Positions 1 through 9,478 of a DNA stretch of 64,000 nucleotides are shown here, piece by piece. How positions within the stretch are numbered: the first letter of the stretch is position 1; every line of letters starts with the position of its first letter. The notes under the pieces are model-generated. The model worked only from the letters and a program-made list of their open reading frames with translations. It searched no databases and was not told the DNA's origin. Position numbers and translations under genes: made by a program. This DNA is from an uncultured candidate division Zixibacteria bacterium (lineage in GTDB: Bacteria > Zixibacteria > MSB-5A5 > GN15 > FEB-12). The stretch spans positions 736,001 to 800,000 of the forward strand of contig CAWDXE010000007.1 in the NCBI GenBank assembly GCA_963806185.1, read 5' to 3'.

Positions 1-1641
1 GGGTCCATCAAAGCGAGCATGAAGGGATGGGTCGATTACTTTGTATCAGCCGACTCCCGTCAGGAAATGCTCATGCATTTCTGCCTGCTGATCCTCGTGG
101 TTGTGCTGATCAAGAATACGTTTCTGTACATTCAGGGATTCTTCATGTCATTCGTGCAGCAGTCGGTCATTCGTGATTTCCGCAACCGACTGTTTGAAAA
201 GTACCAGCGCCTGCCGATTGACTATTTCCACGAGCGGCGCACCGGCCATGTCATGTCGCGCGTGACCAATGACGTCGTGGTTCTCAACGAATCCATCGAT
301 ATCGGTTTCAATCGCCTGATCACCGACTCATTGCAGGTCCTGATCCTGTTCACCTTCCTGATCATCTTAAGTTGGAAATTGACCGCCCTGGCTCTTGTCA
401 TTCTGCCGGCGTTCTTTGGCTTCATTTACTTTGTCGGAAAGAAGCTGCGCAAGTATTCAGCCCGCTCGCAGGAACGGATGGCCGACGTCAACTCTGTCCT
501 CGAAGAGTCGATCGCCAACATGCGAATCGTCAAGGCGTTCTCGATGGAGCCCTTCCAGATCAGCCGGTTTTTGGGCGCTACTCAGCGATATTTCCAATCC
601 CTGCTGCGCATGTCCCGGATCCGTCATCTTGCTACCCCGATCAATGATACTCTGGCGACCATGGCCGGGCTGATTATCTTGTTCTTCGCCGGCGGCAAGA
701 TTATTGCAGGGCAGGGCGAACTCACCGCCGGTGACTTCTTTACGTTTGTACTCGCCATGTTTTCAATGATCGCCCCGGTCAAATCCCTGAGTCAAATTCA
801 TATCAAGCTGCAGGAAGGCATCGCCGCGGCCGAACGAATCTTTGAGGTTGTTGATGCACAGGAGACGATCGCCGATCCCGTCCACCCGGTGGCGCTGAAT
901 CACTTTGCGGACGCTGTCCTCTTTGACCACGTCTCCTTCAGCTACAATCCCAGTGAGCCGGTCCTGAAGGATATCAATTTTGAGATTCGCCGCGGTGAGG
1001 TTATCGCGGTCGTAGGACCTTCCGGCGCGGGGAAGTCGACGCTCCTGGATCTTCTGCCAAGATTCTATGACCCGAAAGAAGGACGAATCCTTGTCGACGG
1101 CCATGATATTCGCACCGTATCCCTTGCCTCATTGCGCGGATTGATGGGTATCGTAACTCAGGAAGTGTACCTGTTCAACGATACCATCTACAACAATATC
1201 GCCTTCGGTATGGAAGGCGTCACGCCCAATAAGGTAGAGGACGCTGCATGCGCGGCCAATGCGCACGGTTTCATTTCGGAATTTGCCGCCGGCTATCATT
1301 CGATGGTGGGCAATCGCGGTGTGATGCTCTCCGGCGGCCAGCGCCAGCGACTGGCCATTGCCCGCGCGCTGTTGCGCAATCCGCAGATACTCATCTTTGA
1401 CGAGGCAACGTCGGCGCTCGACACCGAATCAGAAATGCTCGTCCAGGAGGCCATCGACCGTTTGATGACCAACCGGACGTCGCTCGTCGTGGCCCATCGC
1501 CTCTCCACCGTGAAGCATGCCGACAAGATACTCGTGATTGATCGAGGTCAGATTGTCGAATTTGGCACCCACGACGAACTCATGAGTCGCGCCGGGTTGT
1601 ACCGCAAACTCTATTCTATGCAGTTTCGGGATGCCGTATGA
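1..1641 (+). CDS. msbA: MsbA-like ABC exporter (TMD+NBD), probably 5'-truncated by the window edge
   Basis: TM helices, Walker A GPSGAGKS, signature LSGGQRQR, Walker B ILIFDEATS, H-loop VAHR; sits upstream of LPS glycosyltransferases; frame is open to base 1. Confidence 0.8.
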   Translation, partial: GSIKASMKGWVDYFVSADSRQEMLMHFCLLILVVVLIKNTFLYIQGFFMSFVQQSVIRDFRNRLFEKYQRLPIDYFHERRTGHVMSRVTNDVVVLNESIDIGFNRLITDSLQVLILFTFLIILSWKLTALALVILPAFFGFIYFVGKKLRKYSARSQERMADVNSVLEESIANMRIVKAFSMEPFQISRFLGATQRYFQSLLRMSRIRHLATPINDTLATMAGLIILFFAGGKIIAGQGELTAGDFFTFVLAMFSMIAPVKSLSQIHIKLQEGIAAAERIFEVVDAQETIADPVHPVALNHFADAVLFDHVSFSYNPSEPVLKDINFEIRRGEVIAVVGPSGAGKSTLLDLLPRFYDPKEGRILVDGHDIRTVSLASLRGLMGIVTQEVYLFNDTIYNNIAFGMEGVTPNKVEDAACAANAHGFISEFAAGYHSMVGNRGVMLSGGQRQRLAIARALLRNPQILIFDEATSALDTESEMLVQEAIDRLMTNRTSLVVAHRLSTVKHADKILVIDRGQIVEFGTHDELMSRAGLYRKLYSMQFRDAV

Positions 1642-2774
1642 ACGTCATGTTCCTCGACTCCATCGAGCCGACGGTCTGGGGCGGCATGGAAGAATGGATT
1701 CGCCTCGCTTCCAACGGCCTGGCCAGGTGCGGTCATTCGGTGACTGTCGCGGGGCGCAGAGAATCAGCATTTCTGACTAGAATCGCGCGATCCGTGCCCG
1801 CCGCGCGCCTGCTGCCGCTCGATATCGGCGGCGACTTTCATCCGCGTACCATCGCCGCCATCAAGTCTGAACTGGAGCAAGGGCGGGTCGATCTGCTGGT
1901 GGTGAATTTCAATAAGGATGTTCGCCTCGGTGGTATTGCCGCTCGTTTCGACGGAGCGGTGCGAGTTGTCTGGTCGGTCGGGCTGGATATTACCAGAGAC
2001 AACTGGGCGCACCGGTTCCTGACGCCGAAGTTGATCGACGGTGTCATCACCCCGTCTGAAGCTCTCAAACAACAAATCACTCGAGCTGGATATATCGGCT
2101 CCGACCTCGTGGCGGTGATTCCGATCGGCATTGATGATCTGGCACCCGCCCCGGATCATGGTCATTCCCGACAGACGTTACGGCAACGTTACGGCTTCAA
2201 TGAACACGATCTGGTTGGAGTAACAGTCGGTCGTCTGGTCGAACAAAAGGGACACAAATATCTCATCGAGGCTGTTGCCAAGGCCGACGATCAGCTGAAA
2301 AACGCCCGTTTCCTGATCTTGGGCGACGGTCCGCTGCGGGAGTCGCTTGATCGATTAATGACTGAATTGGGCGTGCGCGATCGGTTTGTCTTTGGCGGTA
2401 TGGTGGACGACGTCGCGTCCCAGTTGCCAATCGCAGATTTCATGGTTCATCCGTCGATCGAGGAACCGTTTGGTATTGCTCTTCTCGAGGGTATGCGCGC
2501 CGGGTTACCCATCATTGCCAGCCGCGTCGGCGGAATTCCCGAGGTGATTGACCAATCCTGCGCCATGCTGGTGCCGGCCAAGGAGCCGTCCGCGCTGGCC
2601 GACGCGCTTACCGACCTTTCCGGCGACGAGTCCAAGCGCCGGCAGATGGGGCAGCAGGGCCAAAGGCGGTTTCAGGAGTTGTTCACGGTCGACAAGTTTG
2701 TCAGTCGATTGGAGCAATATTTGACCGCCATGCTCAAACCGGAACATGACCATGGACAGACTCAAACCACTTGA
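1638..2774 (+). CDS. GT4 family glycosyltransferase
   Basis: GGME N-terminal motif, VGRLVEQKGH, EPFGIALLEGM (EX7E), SRVGGIPE; ATGA overlap with the upstream gene. Confidence 0.9.
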   Translation: MNVMFLDSIEPTVWGGMEEWIRLASNGLARCGHSVTVAGRRESAFLTRIARSVPAARLLPLDIGGDFHPRTIAAIKSELEQGRVDLLVVNFNKDVRLGGIAARFDGAVRVVWSVGLDITRDNWAHRFLTPKLIDGVITPSEALKQQITRAGYIGSDLVAVIPIGIDDLAPAPDHGHSRQTLRQRYGFNEHDLVGVTVGRLVEQKGHKYLIEAVAKADDQLKNARFLILGDGPLRESLDRLMTELGVRDRFVFGGMVDDVASQLPIADFMVHPSIEEPFGIALLEGMRAGLPIIASRVGGIPEVIDQSCAMLVPAKEPSALADALTDLSGDESKRRQMGQQGQRRFQELFTVDKFVSRLEQYLTAMLKPEHDHGQTQTT

Positions 2775-3864
2775 GCACGGCTTCAAAGCCTTTGTGTTTC
2801 GCCTCTTTGCTCCGACCCTTCGACGGGCACAGGGAGAGTTCCATCCGCTCGACGGAACGACCTTGAACAAAGTGCTCTTCCTCCGGCCGGAGAAAATCGG
2901 CGATATGGTCATTTCGTTTCCAGTCTTCGATGCGTTAAGGCACCGTTACCCACACATAAAGCAATCCATCCTTGGCTCGCCACGCAACGTCGCGATCATC
3001 AGAGATGATCCTCGCTTCGATTGCATATTTCTCTATACCAAAAGGTTTTTTCGGGACGTCAGGACGGTCAGGGCTATTCGCCGCGAGAAATTCGACTGCG
3101 TGGTCGACATGATTTGCGACGATTCGGTGACGGCATTGTTCCTGTCTCAACTCTGCGCGCCGGGGAAACCGAGAATCGGCATTGGCAAGGTGAAGTACCG
3201 TGAGTTCTACGATTTCAATTACGACCATCGTAAGGGGAACACCGGGCACATCATCGAGAATACCGCTGCGCTGCTCGAGGCGTTCGGTATCGATAGCAAG
3301 TCCGTGAGCGGGTATGCGCCGCCCTATATCGACGCTGCCGCGCAATGCGCAGCGCATGAATTCATTCGGTCCGTCAGTCGCAACGGTTCCCGGACGATGT
3401 TCGTGGGATACAATTTGTCCGCCGGCTCTCCGACCCGTATCTGGGCAAAAGAAAAATCCGTTGAATTGCTCAAGCGCATACAAGCTGCCTACCCTGAAGC
3501 CGTTATCATTCTGACCACCGCGCCGCCTGATCGCGGTCGCGCAACGGACCTGGCTGAGGCGGTCGGCGGCAATATTCAGTTGTCGCCGCCGGGGCAGTCT
3601 CTCGTGGAGGCGTCGGCCCTGCTCGCACAGTTAAGTGTGCTGATTTCTCCAGACACCGCCCCTGTGCATATCGCCCGATCCTTCCGTGTGCCGGTGGTAG
3701 GACTGTATAGCCGATTTATGAAAAACTTCCTCCTTTGGCGTCCTTACGATCAGGGAGTCGGCGCCGTCGTGTCCGATAATGACGGCAATATTTTCGATAT
3801 CACGGTGGATCAGGTCTTTGAGGCCTTTCAACAAGTTATGAAGCAGCAAAGGCCGGTGAACTGA
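2746..3864 (+). CDS. GT9 family glycosyltransferase (LPS heptosyltransferase-like)
   Basis: KIGDMV, ISPDTAPVHIA, PVVGLY motifs. Confidence 0.9.
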   Translation: MTMDRLKPLEHGFKAFVFRLFAPTLRRAQGEFHPLDGTTLNKVLFLRPEKIGDMVISFPVFDALRHRYPHIKQSILGSPRNVAIIRDDPRFDCIFLYTKRFFRDVRTVRAIRREKFDCVVDMICDDSVTALFLSQLCAPGKPRIGIGKVKYREFYDFNYDHRKGNTGHIIENTAALLEAFGIDSKSVSGYAPPYIDAAAQCAAHEFIRSVSRNGSRTMFVGYNLSAGSPTRIWAKEKSVELLKRIQAAYPEAVIILTTAPPDRGRATDLAEAVGGNIQLSPPGQSLVEASALLAQLSVLISPDTAPVHIARSFRVPVVGLYSRFMKNFLLWRPYDQGVGAVVSDNDGNIFDITVDQVFEAFQQVMKQQRPVN

Positions 3865-4631
3865 TGGCACGGCTGTCGGTGGTCATCATCACCAAGAATG
3901 AGGCGGCCAATCTGGCCCGCTGTCTCTCATCTGTCCGGTTTGCCGACGAAATCATCGTGGTCGACAGTCATTCATCTGATCAAACGGTCGAGATTGCCCG
4001 CTCCCACGGCGCTCTCGTCATTCCCATCGATTGGCCCGGCTTCGGGCCGGCAAAGCAATTGGGCGTTGATCGTGCTATCGGAGAGTGGGTGCTGTCGATC
4101 GATGCAGACGAGGAGCTCTCTTCCGGGCTGGCAGCCGAGATTCAGCAATGCATCGCGTCGCCGTCGACGCATGCCGGCTATGAAATGCCTCGTCGAACAC
4201 AGTTCCTCGGCCGATGGATCGGGCACTGCGGCTGGTACCCGGATCACCTGCTTCGGCTGTTCAAACGAGATCATGGTCGTGTCACCGATGCCAAAGTGCA
4301 CGAACAGATTGTAGTGAACGGTTCAATCGGACGATTCCGAAATGACCTCCTTCACTACAGTTATCCTACGATCGACGTGTATCTTGTAAAATTCGATCGC
4401 TATACCTCCGTCGGAGCCGAAGAAGCGTTTCAACGGGGGAGACGAACCGGCTTGTTTGATTTGACCATTCGACCGATGGTAGCCTTCCTCAAGTTCTATA
4501 TCGCGAAACGCGGCTTTCTTGATGGGTACGAAGGCTTCCTCATTTCGGTCTTCTCGGCCGGCGCCGTTCTGGTCAAATACGCCAAACTGCGCGACCTGCA
4601 ACGCCTCAACAAGCTCGGTGAGTCAGCCTGA
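3864..4631 (+). CDS. GT2 family glycosyltransferase (KdtX/WaaE-like LPS core glucosyltransferase)
   Basis: IITKNEA, VDSHSSD, SIDADE, VHE, LLHYSY, GFLDG motifs. Confidence 0.9.
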   Translation: MARLSVVIITKNEAANLARCLSSVRFADEIIVVDSHSSDQTVEIARSHGALVIPIDWPGFGPAKQLGVDRAIGEWVLSIDADEELSSGLAAEIQQCIASPSTHAGYEMPRRTQFLGRWIGHCGWYPDHLLRLFKRDHGRVTDAKVHEQIVVNGSIGRFRNDLLHYSYPTIDVYLVKFDRYTSVGAEEAFQRGRRTGLFDLTIRPMVAFLKFYIAKRGFLDGYEGFLISVFSAGAVLVKYAKLRDLQRLNKLGESA

Positions 4632-5683
4632 TGACTCGCAAGTTGAGCGTGAACCCCGGCGATCGGTTTCTCATCAGTCGCACCGACCGGCTGGGTGACC
4701 TGATTCTCACCCTGCCTTTGATTGGATCATTGAAGGCGCGCTTCCCAATGGCTGAGATCGATATTCTTGCGTCCAGTTATGCCGCGCCGATCCTGCAGGG
4801 CAATCCCGACATTCGATCCGCAGTACCCATTGAGCCTGCTCGACTCACCGACAAGGCATATTTCCGAGAAGTCGTTCAATTGATCAAAGCACGGAACTAC
4901 CAATTCGCCCTTGCCGTCTATCCGGACAGGCTTGTTGCCCAGTTGCTGAAGGACAGCAGGATTCCTCACCGCATTGGTACGACTGGGCGTCTGCATTCAC
5001 TCAAATTCAATCATCGCCTGTACCATAGCCGCAAGCGAAGTGATCGGCATGAATCGGAATATAATCTCGACTTTCTGCGTTTCTTTGCAGACGGCCCGAC
5101 CGTGTGCCTGCCGTCGATCAAAGTGACTCCAGACGAAATTGCCCGTGCAGGCGGACTACTCAAAGCAAACAGCATCTCAGCGCCATTCGTCGTGCTTCAT
5201 CCCGGCTCAAGCGGCTCGGCGGATGCCTGGCCGGTGGCACGATTCGTCGAGCTGTCCGATATCCTTAGGATGGGTGGGATGCCGTGCGTCTTCACGGGAT
5301 CTGAACCGGAAGGACTGGCGATAGGTGAGATGTTGAGTCGGCGCGATTCAAAAAGTCCATCAGTGACCGGGAAGACCGATCTTCGCACTCTGGCGGCTAT
5401 CTTATCATTGGCCTCGGTCGTCGTGGCAAATTCGACCGGACCTCTGCACCTGGCCGCCGCCGTCGGAACGAAGGTGGTCGGACTCTATCCGCACAAGCGC
5501 GTCATGGCTCCCCGCCGCTGGCGACCGCTGGGCGACGGCCATCGGGTCGTGCAACCGGCGTCTGCTATCTGTCGTTGCACAAAGGGGCAATGCGAGTGTA
5601 TGTTCAGCATATCTGCCCAGACGGTAGCCGAACAGGTACAGGCGATCTGGGCCGAAAATGCGCAGCGAAAGCAGTTGTTATGA
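4631..5683 (+). CDS. GT9 family glycosyltransferase
   Basis: RTDRLGDLILTLP, LHPGS, ANSTGPLHLAAAVG, RWRP. Confidence 0.9.
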   Translation: MTRKLSVNPGDRFLISRTDRLGDLILTLPLIGSLKARFPMAEIDILASSYAAPILQGNPDIRSAVPIEPARLTDKAYFREVVQLIKARNYQFALAVYPDRLVAQLLKDSRIPHRIGTTGRLHSLKFNHRLYHSRKRSDRHESEYNLDFLRFFADGPTVCLPSIKVTPDEIARAGGLLKANSISAPFVVLHPGSSGSADAWPVARFVELSDILRMGGMPCVFTGSEPEGLAIGEMLSRRDSKSPSVTGKTDLRTLAAILSLASVVVANSTGPLHLAAAVGTKVVGLYPHKRVMAPRRWRPLGDGHRVVQPASAICRCTKGQCECMFSISAQTVAEQVQAIWAENAQRKQLL

Positions 5684-7821
5684 ACCTTGCTGAGTTTATC
5701 ATACATATCGAATCCTACAACGCAAACATCGACATCGGACTAGTTCGTCGTGCCTATGAATTCTCGGACAAAGCTCACGCCGGACAACTGCGCTCATCGG
5801 GCGAACCGTATGTTGAACATTGTCTCGAGGTAGCTTTCTTTCTGGCCGGCATGCATATGGATTCGGCCACCATCGCGGCGGGGCTGATTCACGACGTTGT
5901 CGAAGACACCAAATTCACTTTGGAGGACATTCGGCGTGAATTCGGCGATGAAATCGCCGACTTGGTCGACGGTGTCACGAAAATCGGCGCGGTCAAGTTC
6001 ACTTCCTACGAAGAACAGCAGGTGGAGTATTTCCGCAAGATGCTCCTGTCGATGGCCAAAGACATCCGCGTCATCCTGATCAAGCTGGCCGACCGGGTGC
6101 ATAACATGCGTACGCTGGAGCATCTCCCACCCGAAAAACGCAAACGAATCGCGCAGGAGACGCGCGACGTCTACTGCCCGCTGGCTGGCCGCATCGGTAT
6201 TCACAAAGCCAAGATCGAGCTGGAAGATCTTACGCTCAAACATCTCGAACCGGAAATCTACCAGGATCTGGCCCGCATGGTGAAAGAGCGCCGCGATGAA
6301 CGCGAGAAGTACATCGAAGAATGCGTCGGCCCTATAAAGGAAGCGCTGGCGAAGAATGGTATTCTAGCCATTGTCAATGGTCGCGCCAAACACCTCGACT
6401 CGATCTATCGAAAGATCAAGGTCCGCAAGGTGCCGTTCGAACAGATTTTCGACCTGCTGGCCATCCGCGTCATCGTGAACAACGAGCGCGAATGCTACCA
6501 TACTATGGGGATCATTCACGCGATGTGGAAACCTGTCCCTGATCGCTTTCACGACTACATCGCCAATCCGAAGGCAAACGGGTATCGATCATTGCACACC
6601 ACCGTCTTTGGACCGCGAAACAAAATGGTCGAAATCCAGATCCGCACCCACCAGATGCACTATATCGCGGAGAACGGTATCGCCGCTCACTGGCTGTACA
6701 AAGAGGGGCGGCAACAGATGAGCCGCGACGATCGGCAGATGATCTGGCTTCGCGACGTGCTCGAATGGCAAAAGGACATGACCAATCCGTCGGAGTTCAT
6801 CGAGTACCTCAAGATGGATCTGTACTCCGAAGATATCTTCGTCTACACCCCAAATGGCAAGCTGATACATCTTCCCAAGGGCGCCACGCCGCTCGACTTC
6901 GCTTTCCTCGTCCACACGGAGGTCGGCCTCCACTGCGCCGGGGCCAAAATCAACGGTCGGTTGCAGCCGCTCTCCACCCAGATGGCCTCCGGCGATATGG
7001 TTGAGATCATCACCAACCCCGGGCGGACCCCATCGCACGACTGGCTGAAACTGGTCAAAACGTCAAACGCCCGCACGCGCATCAAACGGTGGCTGAAACA
7101 GGCCGGATTCGAGCAATCGGTCCAGCTCGGAAAGCAGATTATCGAGCGCAAGTTGAAGGAACTGCGCGCCGAAATGCCTGACGAAGCTATCCTTCACGGC
7201 TTTGCCGAACAACTGGGAAAGAAGACGGTTGACGAACTTTGGGCCGCCGTCGGTAACGGCTCGATGTCTTCCGGGAAACTCATCTCACTGATTCACGTCG
7301 AAGAAGAAAAGAAGGGGGAAGCCGGTTTCGTCGGCAAAGTCATCGAGCGCATTCGCGGTTCCAAGGGCGTGCGCGTCCAGGGACTGGATAATATGATGTT
7401 CCGCTTTGCCGGTTGCTGCCAGCCGGTGCCGGGCGAGGATATCGCCGGCTTCATCACGCGCGGCCGGGGGGTGACGATCCACCACGCCGATTGCCCTATC
7501 GCCATCGAACTCGCCAATCAGTCGCCCGAACGGAAGATCTCCGTGTCGTGGGATGCCGGCAAGAACCAGTCCTTCGTCGTCCAGTTAGATCTTATCACCG
7601 AGGATCGGAAGAATGTACTTCGTGACATCACCCAGGCCATTGCCGATTCGAACACCAATGTCCGTGGAGCCGAGCTATACGTTACTGATTCCACCGCCAG
7701 CGGCAAGTTCGTCGTCGAGGTGGCCAACCTCTCGCATCTGAACCGCATTATTGACAAAGTGAGAAAAGTGAAGGGCGTAATAAGTGTTACTCGTGCCCGG
7801 CGGGCTGAGGGTGAGGATTAG
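5680..7821 (+). CDS. spoT: Bifunctional (p)ppGpp synthetase/hydrolase (long RSH, Rel/SpoT)
   Basis: HD hydrolase HDVVED, KLADRVHNMRT, synthetase YRSLH and EIQIRT, TGS TPLDFAF, GCCQPVPG, C-terminal ACT; start moved to ATG 5680, which overlaps the upstream TGA. Confidence 0.93.
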   Translation: MNLAEFIIHIESYNANIDIGLVRRAYEFSDKAHAGQLRSSGEPYVEHCLEVAFFLAGMHMDSATIAAGLIHDVVEDTKFTLEDIRREFGDEIADLVDGVTKIGAVKFTSYEEQQVEYFRKMLLSMAKDIRVILIKLADRVHNMRTLEHLPPEKRKRIAQETRDVYCPLAGRIGIHKAKIELEDLTLKHLEPEIYQDLARMVKERRDEREKYIEECVGPIKEALAKNGILAIVNGRAKHLDSIYRKIKVRKVPFEQIFDLLAIRVIVNNERECYHTMGIIHAMWKPVPDRFHDYIANPKANGYRSLHTTVFGPRNKMVEIQIRTHQMHYIAENGIAAHWLYKEGRQQMSRDDRQMIWLRDVLEWQKDMTNPSEFIEYLKMDLYSEDIFVYTPNGKLIHLPKGATPLDFAFLVHTEVGLHCAGAKINGRLQPLSTQMASGDMVEIITNPGRTPSHDWLKLVKTSNARTRIKRWLKQAGFEQSVQLGKQIIERKLKELRAEMPDEAILHGFAEQLGKKTVDELWAAVGNGSMSSGKLISLIHVEEEKKGEAGFVGKVIERIRGSKGVRVQGLDNMMFRFAGCCQPVPGEDIAGFITRGRGVTIHHADCPIAIELANQSPERKISVSWDAGKNQSFVVQLDLITEDRKNVLRDITQAIADSNTNVRGAELYVTDSTASGKFVVEVANLSHLNRIIDKVRKVKGVISVTRARRAEGED

Positions 7822-7822
7822 G

Positions 7823-9478
7823 CTATGCTTCGGGCAGCGCCACCATACGATCAAGTTCACCCGCAACTTCACTCGCCTCAAGCTTGCGTACGGAAATGAC
7901 CAACCGTCGTGCGTCCCCGGCCTCTTTTTCGGCAACGTAGTGATGATCGGCCAGGCGTGCAATCTGGTGTAAGTGAGTAACTACCAGAACTTGATTCCCC
8001 TCGGCCATCTTCTTCAGCTTTCGCGCTACCTCATTAGCCGTGCGTCCACCGATGCCGGTATCCACTTCGTCAAAGGCCAGCAAGCTGAGCGAGCGGTGAC
8101 TGCTCTTCTTCTCTGCCGCTTTCAGCGCGAGGAGGACGCGTGAAATTTCGCCGCCGGAGGCCGTCTTCACCAGAGGCTTAAGCGGTTCGCCCGGATTGGC
8201 GGAAAATAAAAATCGCCCCGACTCCAGGCCGTTAACGGTCGGCTTGACCTTACGACCGTCAATTTCAATGCCGTCGGCCGCGTCCTCGTAAACGAATTCG
8301 CATTCGAACTTGGCTCTGTCGATAGCCAGATCGGCCAGCTCTTTCACCACCAGCTTCTGCAAATAGACGGCTGCTTTCTTTCGTGTGGCGGAGAGGTCAA
8401 CTGCCTTGTCGGTATATTCTGCGCGCAGCTGGTCGTTTTGCCTCTGTAGTTGGTCAATCTGTGCGTCAATGTCAGGGCGGCTCTGCAATTTCAGGGAGAT
8501 GTCGGCCAGCGTCTGAATGGCTGAGGTTTCCGAACCGCCGTATTTCTTCTTGATGGCATAGATCTCGTCTAACCGACTGTTGATTTCCTCGAGGCGCGCT
8601 TGATCGTCCGGAACCGACGCACCGTATTGCTCGATGAACCGACGGAAATCCTCGATGCGAAAATCCAGGTCATTGACCTCGGTGACTTTCGCAGCAAGGG
8701 TCGCATCCACCGCCGCCATCTTCTCCAGCTCCTTGCGGGCCAGCCGAAGGTCGCTGATCACCGATTGCTCCTCGCCGTCGAGAATGTTGCCAATCAGGTC
8801 AGCCGACGTCATAAGCGCCCGGGCGGAATCGAGAATCTTGCGCTCGCGAATGAGTTCCTCTTCTTCGCCCACGCGAAGGCCGGCTTTCTGTAGTTCATCT
8901 TGCTGGAATAAAAGCAGCTCTCGCTCGGAGATGAGCTGGTCGCGCTTGTTGCGAAGGCGGCGAACTTCCGATGCTACGTCCTCCCAACGAACAAACACCT
9001 CGCCAACCAGATCGCGCAATTCGATCAAATTGGCGAACTGGTCCAGAAAGAACAGGTGGTTCTCTTCGTCCATCAGCAGCTGGTTGGCATGCTGACCGAC
9101 GATTTCGGCGAGGGTAGCGGTAATCTCCTTCAATTTGGTCAGCGAACACAGCGTGTTACGCACCCGAATCCTGGAATTACCGTCGCGCGAAATCTCACGC
9201 TGGATACTGATCGCGTCGGCCTCAATAAAATCCCTGAGCGACTTCTTGAAGCTGGCGGGGAAGGCGCTGACATCAAAAGTGGCCGACACAATCGCTTTCT
9301 CGAAGCCGTGGCGAATCTGTTCGCGGTCGGCCCGGTCGCCCAACACCAGCGCCAGCGCCGTTATCAGAACCGATTTCCCCGCCCCGGTCTCGCCCGATAG
9401 TACCGACAACCCCTTGTGAAAGGCCAAAGATGTGTCATCGATCAACGCGACATTCTGTATGTGCAGGTGGGTAAGCAT
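7823..9478 (-). CDS. recN: DNA repair protein RecN
   Basis: GETGAGKS, coiled coil, SANPGEP, ASGGEISR, FDEVDTGIGG, VTHLHQIA. Confidence 0.95.
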   Translation of the reverse strand: MLTHLHIQNVALIDDTSLAFHKGLSVLSGETGAGKSVLITALALVLGDRADREQIRHGFEKAIVSATFDVSAFPASFKKSLRDFIEADAISIQREISRDGNSRIRVRNTLCSLTKLKEITATLAEIVGQHANQLLMDEENHLFFLDQFANLIELRDLVGEVFVRWEDVASEVRRLRNKRDQLISERELLLFQQDELQKAGLRVGEEEELIRERKILDSARALMTSADLIGNILDGEEQSVISDLRLARKELEKMAAVDATLAAKVTEVNDLDFRIEDFRRFIEQYGASVPDDQARLEEINSRLDEIYAIKKKYGGSETSAIQTLADISLKLQSRPDIDAQIDQLQRQNDQLRAEYTDKAVDLSATRKKAAVYLQKLVVKELADLAIDRAKFECEFVYEDAADGIEIDGRKVKPTVNGLESGRFLFSANPGEPLKPLVKTASGGEISRVLLALKAAEKKSSHRSLSLLAFDEVDTGIGGRTANEVARKLKKMAEGNQVLVVTHLHQIARLADHHYVAEKEAGDARRLVISVRKLEASEVAGELDRMVALPEA

